Of a stretch of DNA of 64,000 nt, positions 46,163 to 56,349 are shown one piece after another. The notes below the pieces were generated by a model. It was given only the letters and a program-made list of their open reading frames with translations, was not told where the DNA came from and searched no databases. This DNA comes from Patescibacteria group bacterium (GTDB lineage Bacteria > Patescibacteriota > UBA1384 > CAILIB01). The stretch lies in the NCBI GenBank assembly GCA_041917855.1, contig JAYRWT010000044.1:21563-85562 (forward strand), written 5' to 3'. A program made the position numbers and the translations under genes. The first letter of the stretch is position 1, and each line of letters opens with the position of its first letter.

Positions 46163-47277
46163 TGTGGGGACGATTTAAAACTCTTGATCCCTTACTATTT
46201 GTTCTGCCCATTATTTTTGCTGTAATCGGCGTAATTTTCATTTACGTACTTACCGTAGATACTGTTGGTACAGCACTTGCTTTACGTCAGGGTATTGCGG
46301 CTGGGCTAGGATGCATTGGCATGCTTGTATTTAGCTTTATCGACTACCGGGCGTGGCGAGCCTGGAAGCTGTGGATCTACCTGATTAGTATTGCCACACT
46401 TATTGCAGTTCTTGTTTTTGGTGAGGCGTCTTTTGGTGCGAAGAGCTGGATAAACTTTGGTTTTTACCAGTTTCAGCCTGGTGAATTTGCTAAGCTACTC
46501 CTTTTACTCGTACTACCGGCAATACTTCAGGTTAGAGCTCGAGCGGTTGGCTGGCAGCAGTTCCTACTTGCGGTTGGTGCGCTTGGGTTAGCCCTTGGGT
46601 TAGTTCTGCTACAGCCCGATCTTGGGACAACCTTAGTGCTCGCCGTGCTTGGTGTAACTGTGTTTATGACAAGCCGTACCACACGTTTGCAAAAAACAGT
46701 TGTTGGCCTTGTTGTTGCTCTTGGTGTTACTACAATCGGTCTCTCATTCATGAACGTCGGGCCTTTTGGAGGCTTGCTCAAGGAATACCAAAAGAACCGT
46801 CTGGCAAGTTTCATCTACCCTGATAGAGATCCAAGTGGTAGTGGTTACAATGTACTTCAATCAACCATCGCGGTGGGTTCGGGCGGACTAACAGGCAAGG
46901 GACTTGGCTTTGGTAGTCAGTCACAGCTAAACTTTTTACCCGTAGTACACTCAGACTTTATCTTTGCCGCTATAGCCGAGGCCTGGGGATTGGTAGGCTC
47001 GTATATAATCATCGGGCTCTTCATTTTGCTTACATACCGGTTAATTGTGGCAGCTCGCATAGCGCACGATGAGTACGGCTCGGTACTGTGTATCGGGTTG
47101 GCTGCTATGCTACTATTTGAGCTCCTAGTTAGTGTGGGCATGAACATAAAGGTAATGCCTGTTACCGGCATCCCGCTGCCGTTTATAAGTTACGGTGGAA
47201 CCGCTATGCTTACCTTCTTTTTTGCAATGGGGGTGGCTCAATCTGTTGTCATTCGCTCAAAGCGGTTGACCTTCTAA
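46162..47277 (+). CDS. SEDS-family peptidoglycan glycosyltransferase (FtsW/RodA)
   Basis: 371 aa polytopic membrane protein with FtsW/RodA/SpoVE signature regions. Confidence 0.85.
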   Translation: MWGRFKTLDPLLFVLPIIFAVIGVIFIYVLTVDTVGTALALRQGIAAGLGCIGMLVFSFIDYRAWRAWKLWIYLISIATLIAVLVFGEASFGAKSWINFGFYQFQPGEFAKLLLLLVLPAILQVRARAVGWQQFLLAVGALGLALGLVLLQPDLGTTLVLAVLGVTVFMTSRTTRLQKTVVGLVVALGVTTIGLSFMNVGPFGGLLKEYQKNRLASFIYPDRDPSGSGYNVLQSTIAVGSGGLTGKGLGFGSQSQLNFLPVVHSDFIFAAIAEAWGLVGSYIIIGLFILLTYRLIVAARIAHDEYGSVLCIGLAAMLLFELLVSVGMNIKVMPVTGIPLPFISYGGTAMLTFFFAMGVAQSVVIRSKRLTF

Positions 47278-47326
47278 AGCTGTTCTGATAGAGTAATCCA
47301 GTACTAACCGCTAGGGGTATTTTTGT

Positions 47327-47707
47327 ATGGCAACCACAAAGAAAACCACAACCAAGAATTCAGAAGCAGCACAAGCAACCGCCGTTATCTCTACCGGTGG
47401 CAAACAGTATGTCGTTACTAACGGCACTTGGTTGCGTGTTGAAAAATTAGAGACAGAAGTAGGCACAAAGCTTACCTTTGAGCCCCTCATGCTTACCGAT
47501 GAAAAGGGTGCGCTTGTAACCGGAGGTCAGGTTACCGCTGAGGTAGTTGATCACGGTAAGGGTACAAAACTGCGTGTATTTACCTACAAGTCAAAAAAGC
47601 GTCAGCGTCGCACCATTGGTCACCGTCAGCAGTACACCACACTTAAGGTTACCGCCATTGGGGGTGCAAAAGCAGCAAAGGCAGCTAAAGTTGAAAGCGC
47701 CGACTAA
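47327..47707 (+). CDS. rplU: 50S ribosomal protein L21
   Basis: AVISTGGKQYVV...LRVEKL...KVTAEVVDHGKGTKLRVFTYKSKKRQRRTIGHRQQYT matches the L21 consensus. Confidence 0.8.
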   Translation: MATTKKTTTKNSEAAQATAVISTGGKQYVVTNGTWLRVEKLETEVGTKLTFEPLMLTDEKGALVTGGQVTAEVVDHGKGTKLRVFTYKSKKRQRRTIGHRQQYTTLKVTAIGGAKAAKAAKVESAD

Positions 47708-47712
47708 TTCTT

Positions 47713-47895
47713 ATGAACCGCATCATTTCCTACATTAGGGGAGTTGCAACTGAGCTGCGTAAAGTGCAGTGGCCAACTGCTAAAACAGTGGTTCGTTACT
47801 TTGTAAGCGTAGTGCTCGGCATCGCTTTTGCGGCAGCACTTGTCGCTTTACTAGATGTTATCTTTAACCGAGTTCTGGTTTTCCTCATTAAGTAA
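47713..47895 (+). CDS. secE: Preprotein translocase subunit SecE
   Basis: 60 aa; ELRKVQWPTAKTVV plus a single TM. Confidence 0.75.
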   Translation: MNRIISYIRGVATELRKVQWPTAKTVVRYFVSVVLGIAFAAALVALLDVIFNRVLVFLIK

Positions 47896-47899
47896 TCGT

Positions 47900-48472
47900 A
47901 TGCCAGAAGAAACACAGCTCCTTCGCCGCTCCAGCGGTAAACAGTCAGGTGAACGCAACTGGTACATTATACACACCTATGCCGGGTATGAGGATCAGGT
48001 TGCTCAAAACCTGCTACAACGTATTGAGTCACTCGATATGAAAGACAAGGTATTCGATGTGCTTGTACCAACCGAAAAGGCAATCGAGATTAAAAACGGT
48101 AAGCGTCGCACAATCGAAAAAAAGATCTTCCCAGGGTACGTTATGGTAGATATGATCGTTACCGACGAATCTTGGTACATTGTACGCAACACCCCAAACG
48201 TTACCGGATTCTTAGGCTTTGGCGTTCGTCCTTCACCTGTTCCTCAGACCGAGGTTGACGCTATCAAAAAGCGTATGGGTCAGGATGAGCCTAAGTATAA
48301 GATTGAACTTTCTAAGGGTGACCTAGTTGAAATTACCGATGGCGCCCTCAAAGGCTTTCAGGCAAAGGTTGAAGACGTTGATTCAGAAAAAGGCAAGGTT
48401 AAGGTATTTGTTTCGATGTTTGGCCGTGAAACTCCCGTTACACTTGATTATCTTCAGTTAAAGCTCGTCTAA
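47900..48472 (+). CDS. nusG: Transcription termination/antitermination factor NusG
   Basis: Start moved to ATG 47900; NWYIIHTYAGYE NGN domain and C-terminal KOW (GDLVEITDGALKGFQAKV). Confidence 0.9.
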   Translation: MPEETQLLRRSSGKQSGERNWYIIHTYAGYEDQVAQNLLQRIESLDMKDKVFDVLVPTEKAIEIKNGKRRTIEKKIFPGYVMVDMIVTDESWYIVRNTPNVTGFLGFGVRPSPVPQTEVDAIKKRMGQDEPKYKIELSKGDLVEITDGALKGFQAKVEDVDSEKGKVKVFVSMFGRETPVTLDYLQLKLV

Positions 48473-48473
48473 G

Positions 48474-48908
48474 ATGGCAAAAAGCACAAAACCAATTAAG
48501 ACTATTATCAAGCTGCAAGTCCCAGCTGGTAAGGCAAATCCTGCTCCTCCAGTAGGTACTGCTCTTGGTCCCCAGGGCGTAAACATTATGGAGTTCTGCA
48601 CCAAGTTCAACGAGGCTACTCGTGAAATGGGCAACACAATTATTCCAGCACATATCACAATCTACGAAGACCGAACCTTTGACTTTATACTCAAGCAGCC
48701 GCCTGCTTCCGTGCTTATCAAGGAAACTCTTGGCCTAGCTACTGCCTCTAGCAATGCAAAAAAAACTAAAGTGGGTAAGCTCACTCAGGAGCAGCTAACA
48801 AAGATTGCAGAACGAAAGTTCCCAGATCTTTCAGCCCGCGATATGGATGCCGCTAAGCTTGTAATTGCCGGCACTGCCCGTTCCATGGGTGTAGAAGTAG
48901 AAAAGTAG
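48474..48908 (+). CDS. rplK: 50S ribosomal protein L11
   Basis: [35 protein letters not shown] consensus. Confidence 0.9.
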   Translation: [144 protein letters not shown]

Positions 48909-48923
48909 ATAATTTTCTACACA

Positions 48924-48953
48924 AAAAAGCTCCGAAGTTCGGAGCTTTTTTGG
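48924..48953 (+). terminator. Rho-independent terminator after rplK
   Basis: AAAAAGCTCCGAA-GTTCGGAGCTTTTTTGG, a perfect stem plus T-tract. Confidence 0.85.
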
Positions 48954-48971
48954 TTGCTTGCTACAATACAA

Positions 48972-49070
48972 AAGACCCTTATATCTATCTACCGAACCGA
49001 CCGGCACAGGGCCGGACCGATCCAAAGGAGGGGCAAAGATCGTTGGCCAGTAGATAGATATAAAGGTCTT
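48972..49070. repeat. About 100-bp element bounded by 20-bp near-perfect inverted repeats, with a nested inner palindrome
   Basis: Left arm AAGACCCTTATATCTATCTA (48972-48991). Right arm TAGATAGATATAAAGGTCTT (49051-49070), 19/20 complementary. Inner CCGGCacaggGCCGG hairpin. Confidence 0.6.
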
Positions 49071-49158
49071 AAACGTTCAACACATTTGTTCTATCAAATC
49101 AGGTTAAAACTGTCAATACTTTCTGATTTGCACAAATTATGCAAAGGTATGAAAGAGT

Positions 49159-51063
49159 ATGATAACACCTCACTACGCCGATCTTGTTAGAATGCTCCGC
49201 ACGGGCGGATACCGCGAAGCCACCGACATTATCCAGTCGGGGGATATGCTCGTGCAGGGTGACATAATCACCCTTTGGCCTGCTGCTGCTGTGCAACCAA
49301 TTCGCTTACATTACTTTGGCGATGACCTCGAGCGTTGGGATGTTCGACTTGCGGACGGTAGTTGGCAGCAGCAGACGGCGGAACTGCCAGAGATAGTGCC
49401 TAATGCCCTAGAGACTGAGCACGGTAAGATCTATCCTGGTGAGTATGTAGTGCATCCATTTCACGGCGTTGGCATCTTTCAGAGCATTATTACCCAAGAT
49501 AGTGTAGACGGTGCTGCTGTTACCTATATAGCGCTAGAGTATGCAGGCAACGATCGCTTGCTAGTACCTCACGATAGGCAGGCTGAGCTAATGCCATATA
49601 TAGGAAGCCGTCAACCACGACTTACTAGGCTCTATTCAAAAGCCTGGCAGAATACTAAGGAGCGCGTGCAGCGTGACCTCATTCGTGTTGCTAGAGGCTT
49701 GCTTAAAATTTATGCGGCACGCCAGCTACATGCACGCCAGCCTTACGCATTAGATACTGATATTGTAGATCGCCTGGCCGATAATGCTGGGTTTGATTTA
49801 ACAGACGATCAGGCAAGAGCCGTTAAAGAAATTACCCATGATTTGACCATAGGAGAGCAGCCAATGGACCGCCTGCTTTGCGGAGATGTTGGTTTTGGTA
49901 AAACCGAGGTTGCCCTGCGAGCTGCGGCACTGGTCGTTGCTTCAGGAAAACAGGTTGCCTTTATTGCTCCCACCACGGTGCTGGCCGAACAACACTTTAG
50001 TATGCTTAGCAACCGCTTCGTTGATTTACCGGTCAAGATTGCCCATATGAGCCGGTTGACCAAATCAACCGATGCGCAGACCCTCAAGGCTGTGACGGAA
50101 GGCGCGGTTGACATTTTAGTCGGCACTCACCGGGTGCTTGGGGGAGATATTCAGTGGAAGAATCTTGGATTATTGATTATTGATGAAGAACAAAAGTTCG
50201 GTGTCTCACAAAAGGAGCACCTCAAGAATCTGCGGCCAGTTATTGATGTGCTTTCACTCTCCGCAACTCCTATCCCGCGCACACTTTCCATGAGTCTTTC
50301 AGGCCTACGTGGCTTGAGTATACTCAGAACTCCACCTCACGGTCGCCTACCTATTACTACTTTAGTAGAGGAGTATAGCAATGGATTACTGCAGCAAGCC
50401 TTGCAGACTGAGCTAGAGCGCGGCGGCACTGTCTATGTAGTGCATAATCGTGTGCAGAGCTTGCCGCTTGTTCGCGACAGAGTAGAGCAGCTATTGGCTC
50501 AACTAAAGTTGGATGTTCCCGTAGCTATGGCACACGGCCAAATGGGAGAGGTAGAGCTAGCGCGAGCAGTATCTGGATTTATGCAGGGGAAAGTGAGGGT
50601 ACTGGTGGCGTCTAGCATTGTTGAGCATGGTTTGGATAGTCCTCTGGCTAATACGCTGGTTGTCTTGCATAGTGAGAGGTTTGGCTTGTCTGATCTGTAT
50701 CAGCTGCGTGGACGTGTTGGGCGGCGATCAACTCAAGCATACGCTTACTTTATGCTTGGCGGCGTGCTCCACGAGCCCTACACCATTCTAGATGAGCAAG
50801 GGAATGAGATCAGCGGTATCAGTCTGAGTAAAACCGCCAGAATGCGTCTGAATGCCTTACAAGAGGCAGATCAGTTAGGTAGTGGTTGGAGTATTGCAGT
50901 ACGAGACCTGGAGATTAGAGGTGGTGGCAATGTGCTCGGTAATGAGCAGCACGGAAATATGGAGGCCATAGGACTACTTCTGTATGGACAGCTCTTACAA
51001 GAAGAAATTGGTCGCCAGGCTAAGCTGGCAGGTATTACTCTCTTCCAACGTTCCGCAACGTAG
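49159..51063 (+). CDS. mfd: Transcription-repair coupling factor Mfd, N-terminally truncated form (RNAP-interaction domain plus RecG-like translocase)
   Basis: CarD/TRCF RNAP-interacting segment ([12 protein letters not shown]...LVPHDR). Helicase motifs I ([15 protein letters not shown]), II (DEEQKFG) and VI (QLRGRVGR). Only about 100 aa precede the RID, against about 450 aa in canonical Mfd. Confidence 0.8.
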   Translation: MITPHYADLVRMLRTGGYREATDIIQSGDMLVQGDIITLWPAAAVQPIRLHYFGDDLERWDVRLADGSWQQQTAELPEIVPNALETEHGKIYPGEYVVHPFHGVGIFQSIITQDSVDGAAVTYIALEYAGNDRLLVPHDRQAELMPYIGSRQPRLTRLYSKAWQNTKERVQRDLIRVARGLLKIYAARQLHARQPYALDTDIVDRLADNAGFDLTDDQARAVKEITHDLTIGEQPMDRLLCGDVGFGKTEVALRAAALVVASGKQVAFIAPTTVLAEQHFSMLSNRFVDLPVKIAHMSRLTKSTDAQTLKAVTEGAVDILVGTHRVLGGDIQWKNLGLLIIDEEQKFGVSQKEHLKNLRPVIDVLSLSATPIPRTLSMSLSGLRGLSILRTPPHGRLPITTLVEEYSNGLLQQALQTELERGGTVYVVHNRVQSLPLVRDRVEQLLAQLKLDVPVAMAHGQMGEVELARAVSGFMQGKVRVLVASSIVEHGLDSPLANTLVVLHSERFGLSDLYQLRGRVGRRSTQAYAYFMLGGVLHEPYTILDEQGNEISGISLSKTARMRLNALQEADQLGSGWSIAVRDLEIRGGGNVLGNEQHGNMEAIGLLLYGQLLQEEIGRQAKLAGITLFQRSAT

Positions 51064-51104
51064 AATAGGTTTTCGCTTACCCTGCGTCAGCGTATTGTTG
51101 GGGC

Positions 51105-51950
51105 ATGCGTGTTCTTAATAAAGAAGAGTTTCCCAGCCTACTGGCGCAGGCAGGCTTAGGCTACACACAGCTGTGGTTGAAAGGCCAGGAGGCTGTTCTT
51201 CACAAAACATGCATAAGCATTGTTGGTACCAGGCGTTGCACTGCTTACGGTAGGGCAGTAGTAGACTTACTCGTGCCAGGGCTTGTTAGGGCTGGCCTCA
51301 GTATTGTTTCTGGCCTTGCACTAGGTATCGATGCCTATGTTCATCGCTCTGCCCTGCAAGTTGGGGGTGGCTGTATTGCGGTACTAGGATCAGGGTTGCA
51401 GGCCGTATATCCTGCAACAAACCGGCTACTCGCTCAGCAAATAGCCGAGAACGGCTTGTTACTCTCAGCTTACGCACCAAGCGTTACAGCTCGCCCCTAC
51501 CATTTTCCAGAGCGCAACCGAATAATCGCTGCGCTTAGCCTGGTAACTCTGGTAATTGAGGCACGAGAAGATTCAGGAAGTTTGATCACAGCACGTGCAG
51601 CAATTAGTATGAATCGGGAGGTTGCAGCAATACCTGCAGATATAACCAGAGACACGGCCTTGGGCTGTATTCAATTACTACAGCAAGGGGCAAAACCAGT
51701 TGCTAGCGTTTCCGATATTCTCCAGCTGTACCAGCAAAGTTTACCAATACAGCTAGTAACAGAGATAAAGCCCGCCTTGACAGGTACAATGGGTACTCTG
51801 TATGCTACGATCTCGAACGGAGCTCATCGTGTTGATGAAATGTTACGCCTTACCGGGTTACCTCTCATTACCGCGCAGAACGCCCTTACACTATTAGAAA
51901 TAGAAGGATATATATGCCAAAGGCAGCAGGAGTGGCACGTAATCTCGTAA
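51105..51950 (+). CDS. dprA: DNA processing protein DprA (Smf)
   Basis: IVGTRRCTAYGRAVVDLLVPGLVRAGLSIVSGLALGIDAYVHRSAL, a DprA Rossmann-like core. Confidence 0.85.
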   Translation: MRVLNKEEFPSLLAQAGLGYTQLWLKGQEAVLHKTCISIVGTRRCTAYGRAVVDLLVPGLVRAGLSIVSGLALGIDAYVHRSALQVGGGCIAVLGSGLQAVYPATNRLLAQQIAENGLLLSAYAPSVTARPYHFPERNRIIAALSLVTLVIEAREDSGSLITARAAISMNREVAAIPADITRDTALGCIQLLQQGAKPVASVSDILQLYQQSLPIQLVTEIKPALTGTMGTLYATISNGAHRVDEMLRLTGLPLITAQNALTLLEIEGYICQRQQEWHVIS

Positions 51951-53968
51951 TTGTGGAGTCACCAGCAAAGGCCGGTACTATTAGTAAGTACCTGGGGCCA
52001 GATTTTGATGTAATTGCAAGTATGGGGCACATACGTGATCTGCCTTCCTCAAAGCTAGGTGTAGATGTTGCCGAGCAGTTTACTCCGCAGTACGTTATAC
52101 CACCTAAGGCGCGTACCACCATTAAGAAACTTAAGGAAGCGGTAAAGAATAAAGATGTCGTGTATCTTGCAACAGACTTGGACCGTGAGGGAGAAGCCAT
52201 TTCGTGGCACCTTGCGCAGGCGCTAGACCTAGGCAGCAACCCAAAACTGCAAGTGTTTCGGATTACCTTTGACGAAATTACTAAAACAGCAGTTACGGCA
52301 GCCATTGCTAGCCCGCGCGACATTAACACGGCACTGGTAGACGCGCAGCAGGCAAGGCGAGTGCTTGACCGTCTAGTTGGGTATACCCTCTCTCCAGTTC
52401 TCTGGAAAAAGGTATACAAAGGCTTATCAGCAGGTCGTGTGCAATCTGTTGCGCTCAAGCTTATCGTTGACCGCGAAGCCGAGCGTAATGCTTTTCAACC
52501 AGTAGAGTACTGGTCAATTGCTGCAGATCTCATACATAACAGCGCTGAATTTGAGGCAAAACTTGTTGAATACAACGCTAAAAAGATTGAGCAACTGACT
52601 ATTTCCGGTGGAGAGGAAGCGCAGTCAATCAAGGCAGATCTGGAAAAGGCAGTGTACACTGTTTCGAATGTAGAGAAAAAGCCACTAAAACGCCGCCCAA
52701 GCGCCCCGTATACAACCTCAAGTTTCCAGCAAGATGCGGTAAATAGGCTTGGGATATCATCAAAAAATGCTATGCGATCTGCTCAGCAGCTCTACGAAGC
52801 CGGTTTGATTACCTACATGCGTACCGATTCAGTAGATCTTGCCGTAGAGGCTGTTCAGGCCATTCGCTCCTATGTACAGACTGAATTTGGGGCTAACTAC
52901 ATCCCAGCATCACCAAATCGTTACCAAACTAAGAACAAGCAAGCACAAGAAGCGCACGAGGCAATTCGTCCAACCGATCCAACGCGTAGCGCAGAGAGCC
53001 TTGGTTTAGATGGGCAAACCCAAAAGGTATACGACCTAATTCGTCGGCGCGCCCTGGCTAGTCAGATGGCTGAAGCCGAGCTTGAGCAAACCCAGGTTAC
53101 TATTACAGCGGGCAAGGGTGTTTTTCGTGCCACTGGTCAGCGCATTGTCTTCCCAGGTTTCTTAGCCGTTAACCAAAAAGATACGGACGACGAGCAGAAG
53201 CTCCCTGCTTTGGCCGCAAACGATGCACTCACCCTACACCAGCTCAAAGCTGACCAGCACTTTACCGAGCCGCCACCGCGCTTCACAGAAGCTACCTTAA
53301 TTAAGGCTCTAGAAGAAAACGGTATTGGTAGGCCTTCAACCTATGCGCCAACCATCGATACGTTGGTGCAGCGCAAGTATGTACTCTTAGAGCAGCGTCG
53401 TTTTGCTCCAGAAGAAGTGGGGGTAATCGTCACAAATCTTTTGGCTGAGCACTTCCCAGATATTGTAGACGTTACATTCACCGCTTCTATGGAAGAAAAG
53501 CTCGATAAAATTGCCGATGGCGATGCGAGCTATGTGGGGGTACTCAAAGACTTCTGGGCACCTTTTAAGCAAAATGTTGATCAAAAGACAGAATCTATCG
53601 CCAAGGTAGACATGACAGAAGAGACAGATAAAGTCTGTCCAAACTGCTCATCGCCAATGATCATTAAAACCGGCAGATTTGGTAAGTTCTTGGCCTGCTC
53701 AAACTTCCCAGAGTGTAAAACCACACAGCCGATTCAGGAAGCTAAACCAACCGGTATGATCTGCCCACGTGATGGTAAGCCCTTAATCTGGAAGCGCGCA
53801 CGCAAGGGTCAGTTCCTGGGCTGTAGCGGCTACCCAGATTGCAAATTTGCCCTCTGGAAACCAGAGCAGCTTGCTGCCAAGATAGCTGACCTAGAAAAAG
53901 AAGGGGAGACTTTGCCGCATAAGCAGGCAGCTCTAGACGCACTCGCCCCATTGCCAAAAACCAAGTAG
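51914..53968 (+). CDS. topA: DNA topoisomerase I
   Basis: LVIVESPAKAGTISKYLG Toprim start, active-site Tyr region, C-terminal Cys4 zinc ribbons (CPNC...C..C; CPRDGKPL...CSGYPDC). Confidence 0.9.
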   Translation: MPKAAGVARNLVIVESPAKAGTISKYLGPDFDVIASMGHIRDLPSSKLGVDVAEQFTPQYVIPPKARTTIKKLKEAVKNKDVVYLATDLDREGEAISWHLAQALDLGSNPKLQVFRITFDEITKTAVTAAIASPRDINTALVDAQQARRVLDRLVGYTLSPVLWKKVYKGLSAGRVQSVALKLIVDREAERNAFQPVEYWSIAADLIHNSAEFEAKLVEYNAKKIEQLTISGGEEAQSIKADLEKAVYTVSNVEKKPLKRRPSAPYTTSSFQQDAVNRLGISSKNAMRSAQQLYEAGLITYMRTDSVDLAVEAVQAIRSYVQTEFGANYIPASPNRYQTKNKQAQEAHEAIRPTDPTRSAESLGLDGQTQKVYDLIRRRALASQMAEAELEQTQVTITAGKGVFRATGQRIVFPGFLAVNQKDTDDEQKLPALAANDALTLHQLKADQHFTEPPPRFTEATLIKALEENGIGRPSTYAPTIDTLVQRKYVLLEQRRFAPEEVGVIVTNLLAEHFPDIVDVTFTASMEEKLDKIADGDASYVGVLKDFWAPFKQNVDQKTESIAKVDMTEETDKVCPNCSSPMIIKTGRFGKFLACSNFPECKTTQPIQEAKPTGMICPRDGKPLIWKRARKGQFLGCSGYPDCKFALWKPEQLAAKIADLEKEGETLPHKQAALDALAPLPKTK

Positions 53969-53977
53969 GCTAGAGCT

Positions 53978-54604
53978 ATGTCTGCTCGCCTACCTGAACC
54001 TGTCCAAAACCTAATCGATGCCTTTGGGCGTCAGCCAGGCATTGGTCCCAAAATGGCTGCCAGGCTTACCTTTAACCTGTTGCAGCGCAGTGACCAAGAG
54101 GTTACCAGGTTTATTCATGCGCTAGAAGGTATTACATCAGGTCTGCAATCATGCGAGCAGTGTGGCAATATCTCCGAGAAGTCACTTTGTGTAATTTGTC
54201 GTGAATCTGGTAGGTCTGAAGGGCAAATCTGTGTTGTAGAAGGCCCACTAGACGTTATTGCAATCGAGAAAACCAATCTATTCCACGGATTATACCTAGT
54301 TTTAGGGGGTGCACTTTCACCAATCGATGGCATTGGACCAGACCAGCTCCGTATGCGTCTATTGCAAAGCAGAGTGCAAAAGCGCCTAGATGCGGGCGAA
54401 ATTACCGAATTAATCTTGGCAACTAACCCGTCTCTAGAAGGTGAAGCCACGGCTAGCTACATTGTGCAGCTATTTACTAAAGCGACAGAAGAAAAGAAGG
54501 TAAGTATTACCAGAATCGCGCGTGGGTTGCCGATGGGTAGCGATATTGAGTATGCTGATCCTACGACCCTAGCTCGCGCGCTTGAAGGTCGCAGTAGTTT
54601 CTAA
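53978..54604 (+). CDS. recR: Recombination protein RecR
   Basis: HhH, C4 zinc finger (CEQCGN...CVIC), Toprim domain. Confidence 0.9.
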   Translation: MSARLPEPVQNLIDAFGRQPGIGPKMAARLTFNLLQRSDQEVTRFIHALEGITSGLQSCEQCGNISEKSLCVICRESGRSEGQICVVEGPLDVIAIEKTNLFHGLYLVLGGALSPIDGIGPDQLRMRLLQSRVQKRLDAGEITELILATNPSLEGEATASYIVQLFTKATEEKKVSITRIARGLPMGSDIEYADPTTLARALEGRSSF

Positions 54605-54618
54605 TCTATAGCAAGACT

Positions 54619-54921
54619 ATGCCAGTAGCCACCCACATTCCGGGACAAGACGAAGAACTCGACCCAGTAGAGGCCATTGATGAACATGATGATGAATCTG
54701 CAGATGAAGAAAGTATGGGGGTGCACATTACGGACCCTGAGCATCCCGAAGCAGCTCCAGCCGAGGAAGGTCTCGACAAGATAATTGCAGCTATTGAGGT
54801 GCCGGTGGCAGAAGATGGTCATGATGATCTAGCGGCTGTCCCCAAAAAAGCACAGGTTTCAGACGAGCTGATTAAAAGGGAGCTGACCATTGACGATTTA
54901 CAGGATAGCGATCGAATCTAA
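54619..54921 (+). CDS. Hypothetical highly acidic protein
   Basis: 100 aa, rich in Asp/Glu/Pro/Ala; no motifs. Confidence 0.35.
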   Translation: MPVATHIPGQDEELDPVEAIDEHDDESADEESMGVHITDPEHPEAAPAEEGLDKIIAAIEVPVAEDGHDDLAAVPKKAQVSDELIKRELTIDDLQDSDRI

Positions 54922-54925
54922 TACC

Positions 54926-56293
54926 TTGCTGTACGACACCTTAACCCGATCACTTGTTGCGTTGAAGCCCCAGGAAGCTGGGGCTATTCGTATATACACC
55001 TGTGGACCAACTGTTTATAACGATCAACACATAGGGAACTACCGAACATTTATTTTTGAAGATGTGCTGGTAAAAACCTTGGAGCAAGCTGGCTACGAGG
55101 TTACCCGAGTGATGAACATTACCGATGTCGGCCACCTAGTAGGAGATGGCGATGATGGAGAAGATAAGCTGGAGGTTGGCGCTCGTCGTGAGGGCAATAC
55201 AGCTTGGGAGGTAGCAAAGCGCTACGAAGAGCGCTTTCTGGCAGATATGGCTGAGCTTCACCTGCAACAGCCAACACTGTTAGTACGGGCAACAGAAGCA
55301 ATCGAGGCTCAGATTTCTATGGTAAAAAGCCTGGAAGAAAAAGGGCTCACCTATACTACGAGTGACGGGGTTTACTTTGATAGCGCCAAGCTACCAGATT
55401 ACGGGAAGCTAGCCCAGCTCGATATAGCCGGCTTACAGGCTGGTGCGCGCGTTGAAGTAGGGGAGAAGCGCTCGGCAACTGATTTTGCCCTCTGGAAGTT
55501 TTCACCAACAGATCACCAGCGTGATATGGAATGGGACAGTCCCTGGGGTACGGGCTTTCCAGGGTGGCATATTGAGTGCTCAGCCATTATTAAAGAGAAC
55601 TTAGGTGACAGCATAGACATTCACTGTGGGGGAGTAGATCACATTCCGGTACACCACACCAACGAAATTGCTCAGAGTGAATCTGTGACTGGTCAGCCCT
55701 TGGCCCAAATTTGGATGCATGCCGAATTTTTACTGGTTGATGGTGGCAAAATGGCTAAGTCTGAAGGAAATGTGTACACCTTAGCTGATCTAAAAGAAAA
55801 AGGGTTCGATCCGCTTGCGCTGCGTATGCTCACCTATACTGCCCACTACCGTAGCAAGCTCAATTTTACCTGGGATGGGCTCACCGCCGCTCAAAAAAGC
55901 CTGGATAAGCTGCGTAGAACGTTTCATGCAGCACTGGAAGCTGATGAAACCGATGCAGTACGTGGCTACCAGGAAAGGTTTCAGCAGCAGCTTTTAGATG
56001 ATCTAAATACGCCCCGTGCTCTCGCCGTGCTCTGGGAAGCGCTGGATTCTCTGCAAACCCCAGAGGAAAAGCGTGCCTTCCTGGAATATATTGATGTAGT
56101 ATTGTCGCTTGATTTAGCCCATGTAGTGCTGCAGCAAGAGATTCCTGCCGGGGTGCAACAGTTAGTAACAGAGCGTGATGCCGCCCGGGCCAGTAGGGAC
56201 TGGGCAGTCAGCGATGCACTACGAACTCAGCTAGAAAACCAAGGGTATACAGTGCAAGACACACCTGAAGGAACTGTTATTGAAAAGATATAA
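54926..56293 (+). CDS. cysS: Cysteine--tRNA ligase
   Basis: CGPTVYNDQHIGN (HIGH-class motif) and KMAKSEGN (KMSKS). A TTG start at 54926 (MLYDTLTRS...) fits the CysRS N-terminal consensus; the tabulated ORF starts at ATG 54890, overlapping the upstream gene. Confidence 0.85.
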   Translation: MLYDTLTRSLVALKPQEAGAIRIYTCGPTVYNDQHIGNYRTFIFEDVLVKTLEQAGYEVTRVMNITDVGHLVGDGDDGEDKLEVGARREGNTAWEVAKRYEERFLADMAELHLQQPTLLVRATEAIEAQISMVKSLEEKGLTYTTSDGVYFDSAKLPDYGKLAQLDIAGLQAGARVEVGEKRSATDFALWKFSPTDHQRDMEWDSPWGTGFPGWHIECSAIIKENLGDSIDIHCGGVDHIPVHHTNEIAQSESVTGQPLAQIWMHAEFLLVDGGKMAKSEGNVYTLADLKEKGFDPLALRMLTYTAHYRSKLNFTWDGLTAAQKSLDKLRRTFHAALEADETDAVRGYQERFQQQLLDDLNTPRALAVLWEALDSLQTPEEKRAFLEYIDVVLSLDLAHVVLQQEIPAGVQQLVTERDAARASRDWAVSDALRTQLENQGYTVQDTPEGTVIEKI

Positions 56294-56317
56294 AATCATA
56301 AACCAATGCTGATTAAA

Positions 56318-56349
56318 GGGCTCTAGTACTTGACAAGAGCTCTTTTTTG
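56318..56349 (+). terminator. Rho-independent terminator after cysS
   Basis: GGGCTCT-agtacttgaca-AGAGCTC followed by TTTTTTG. Confidence 0.55.
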
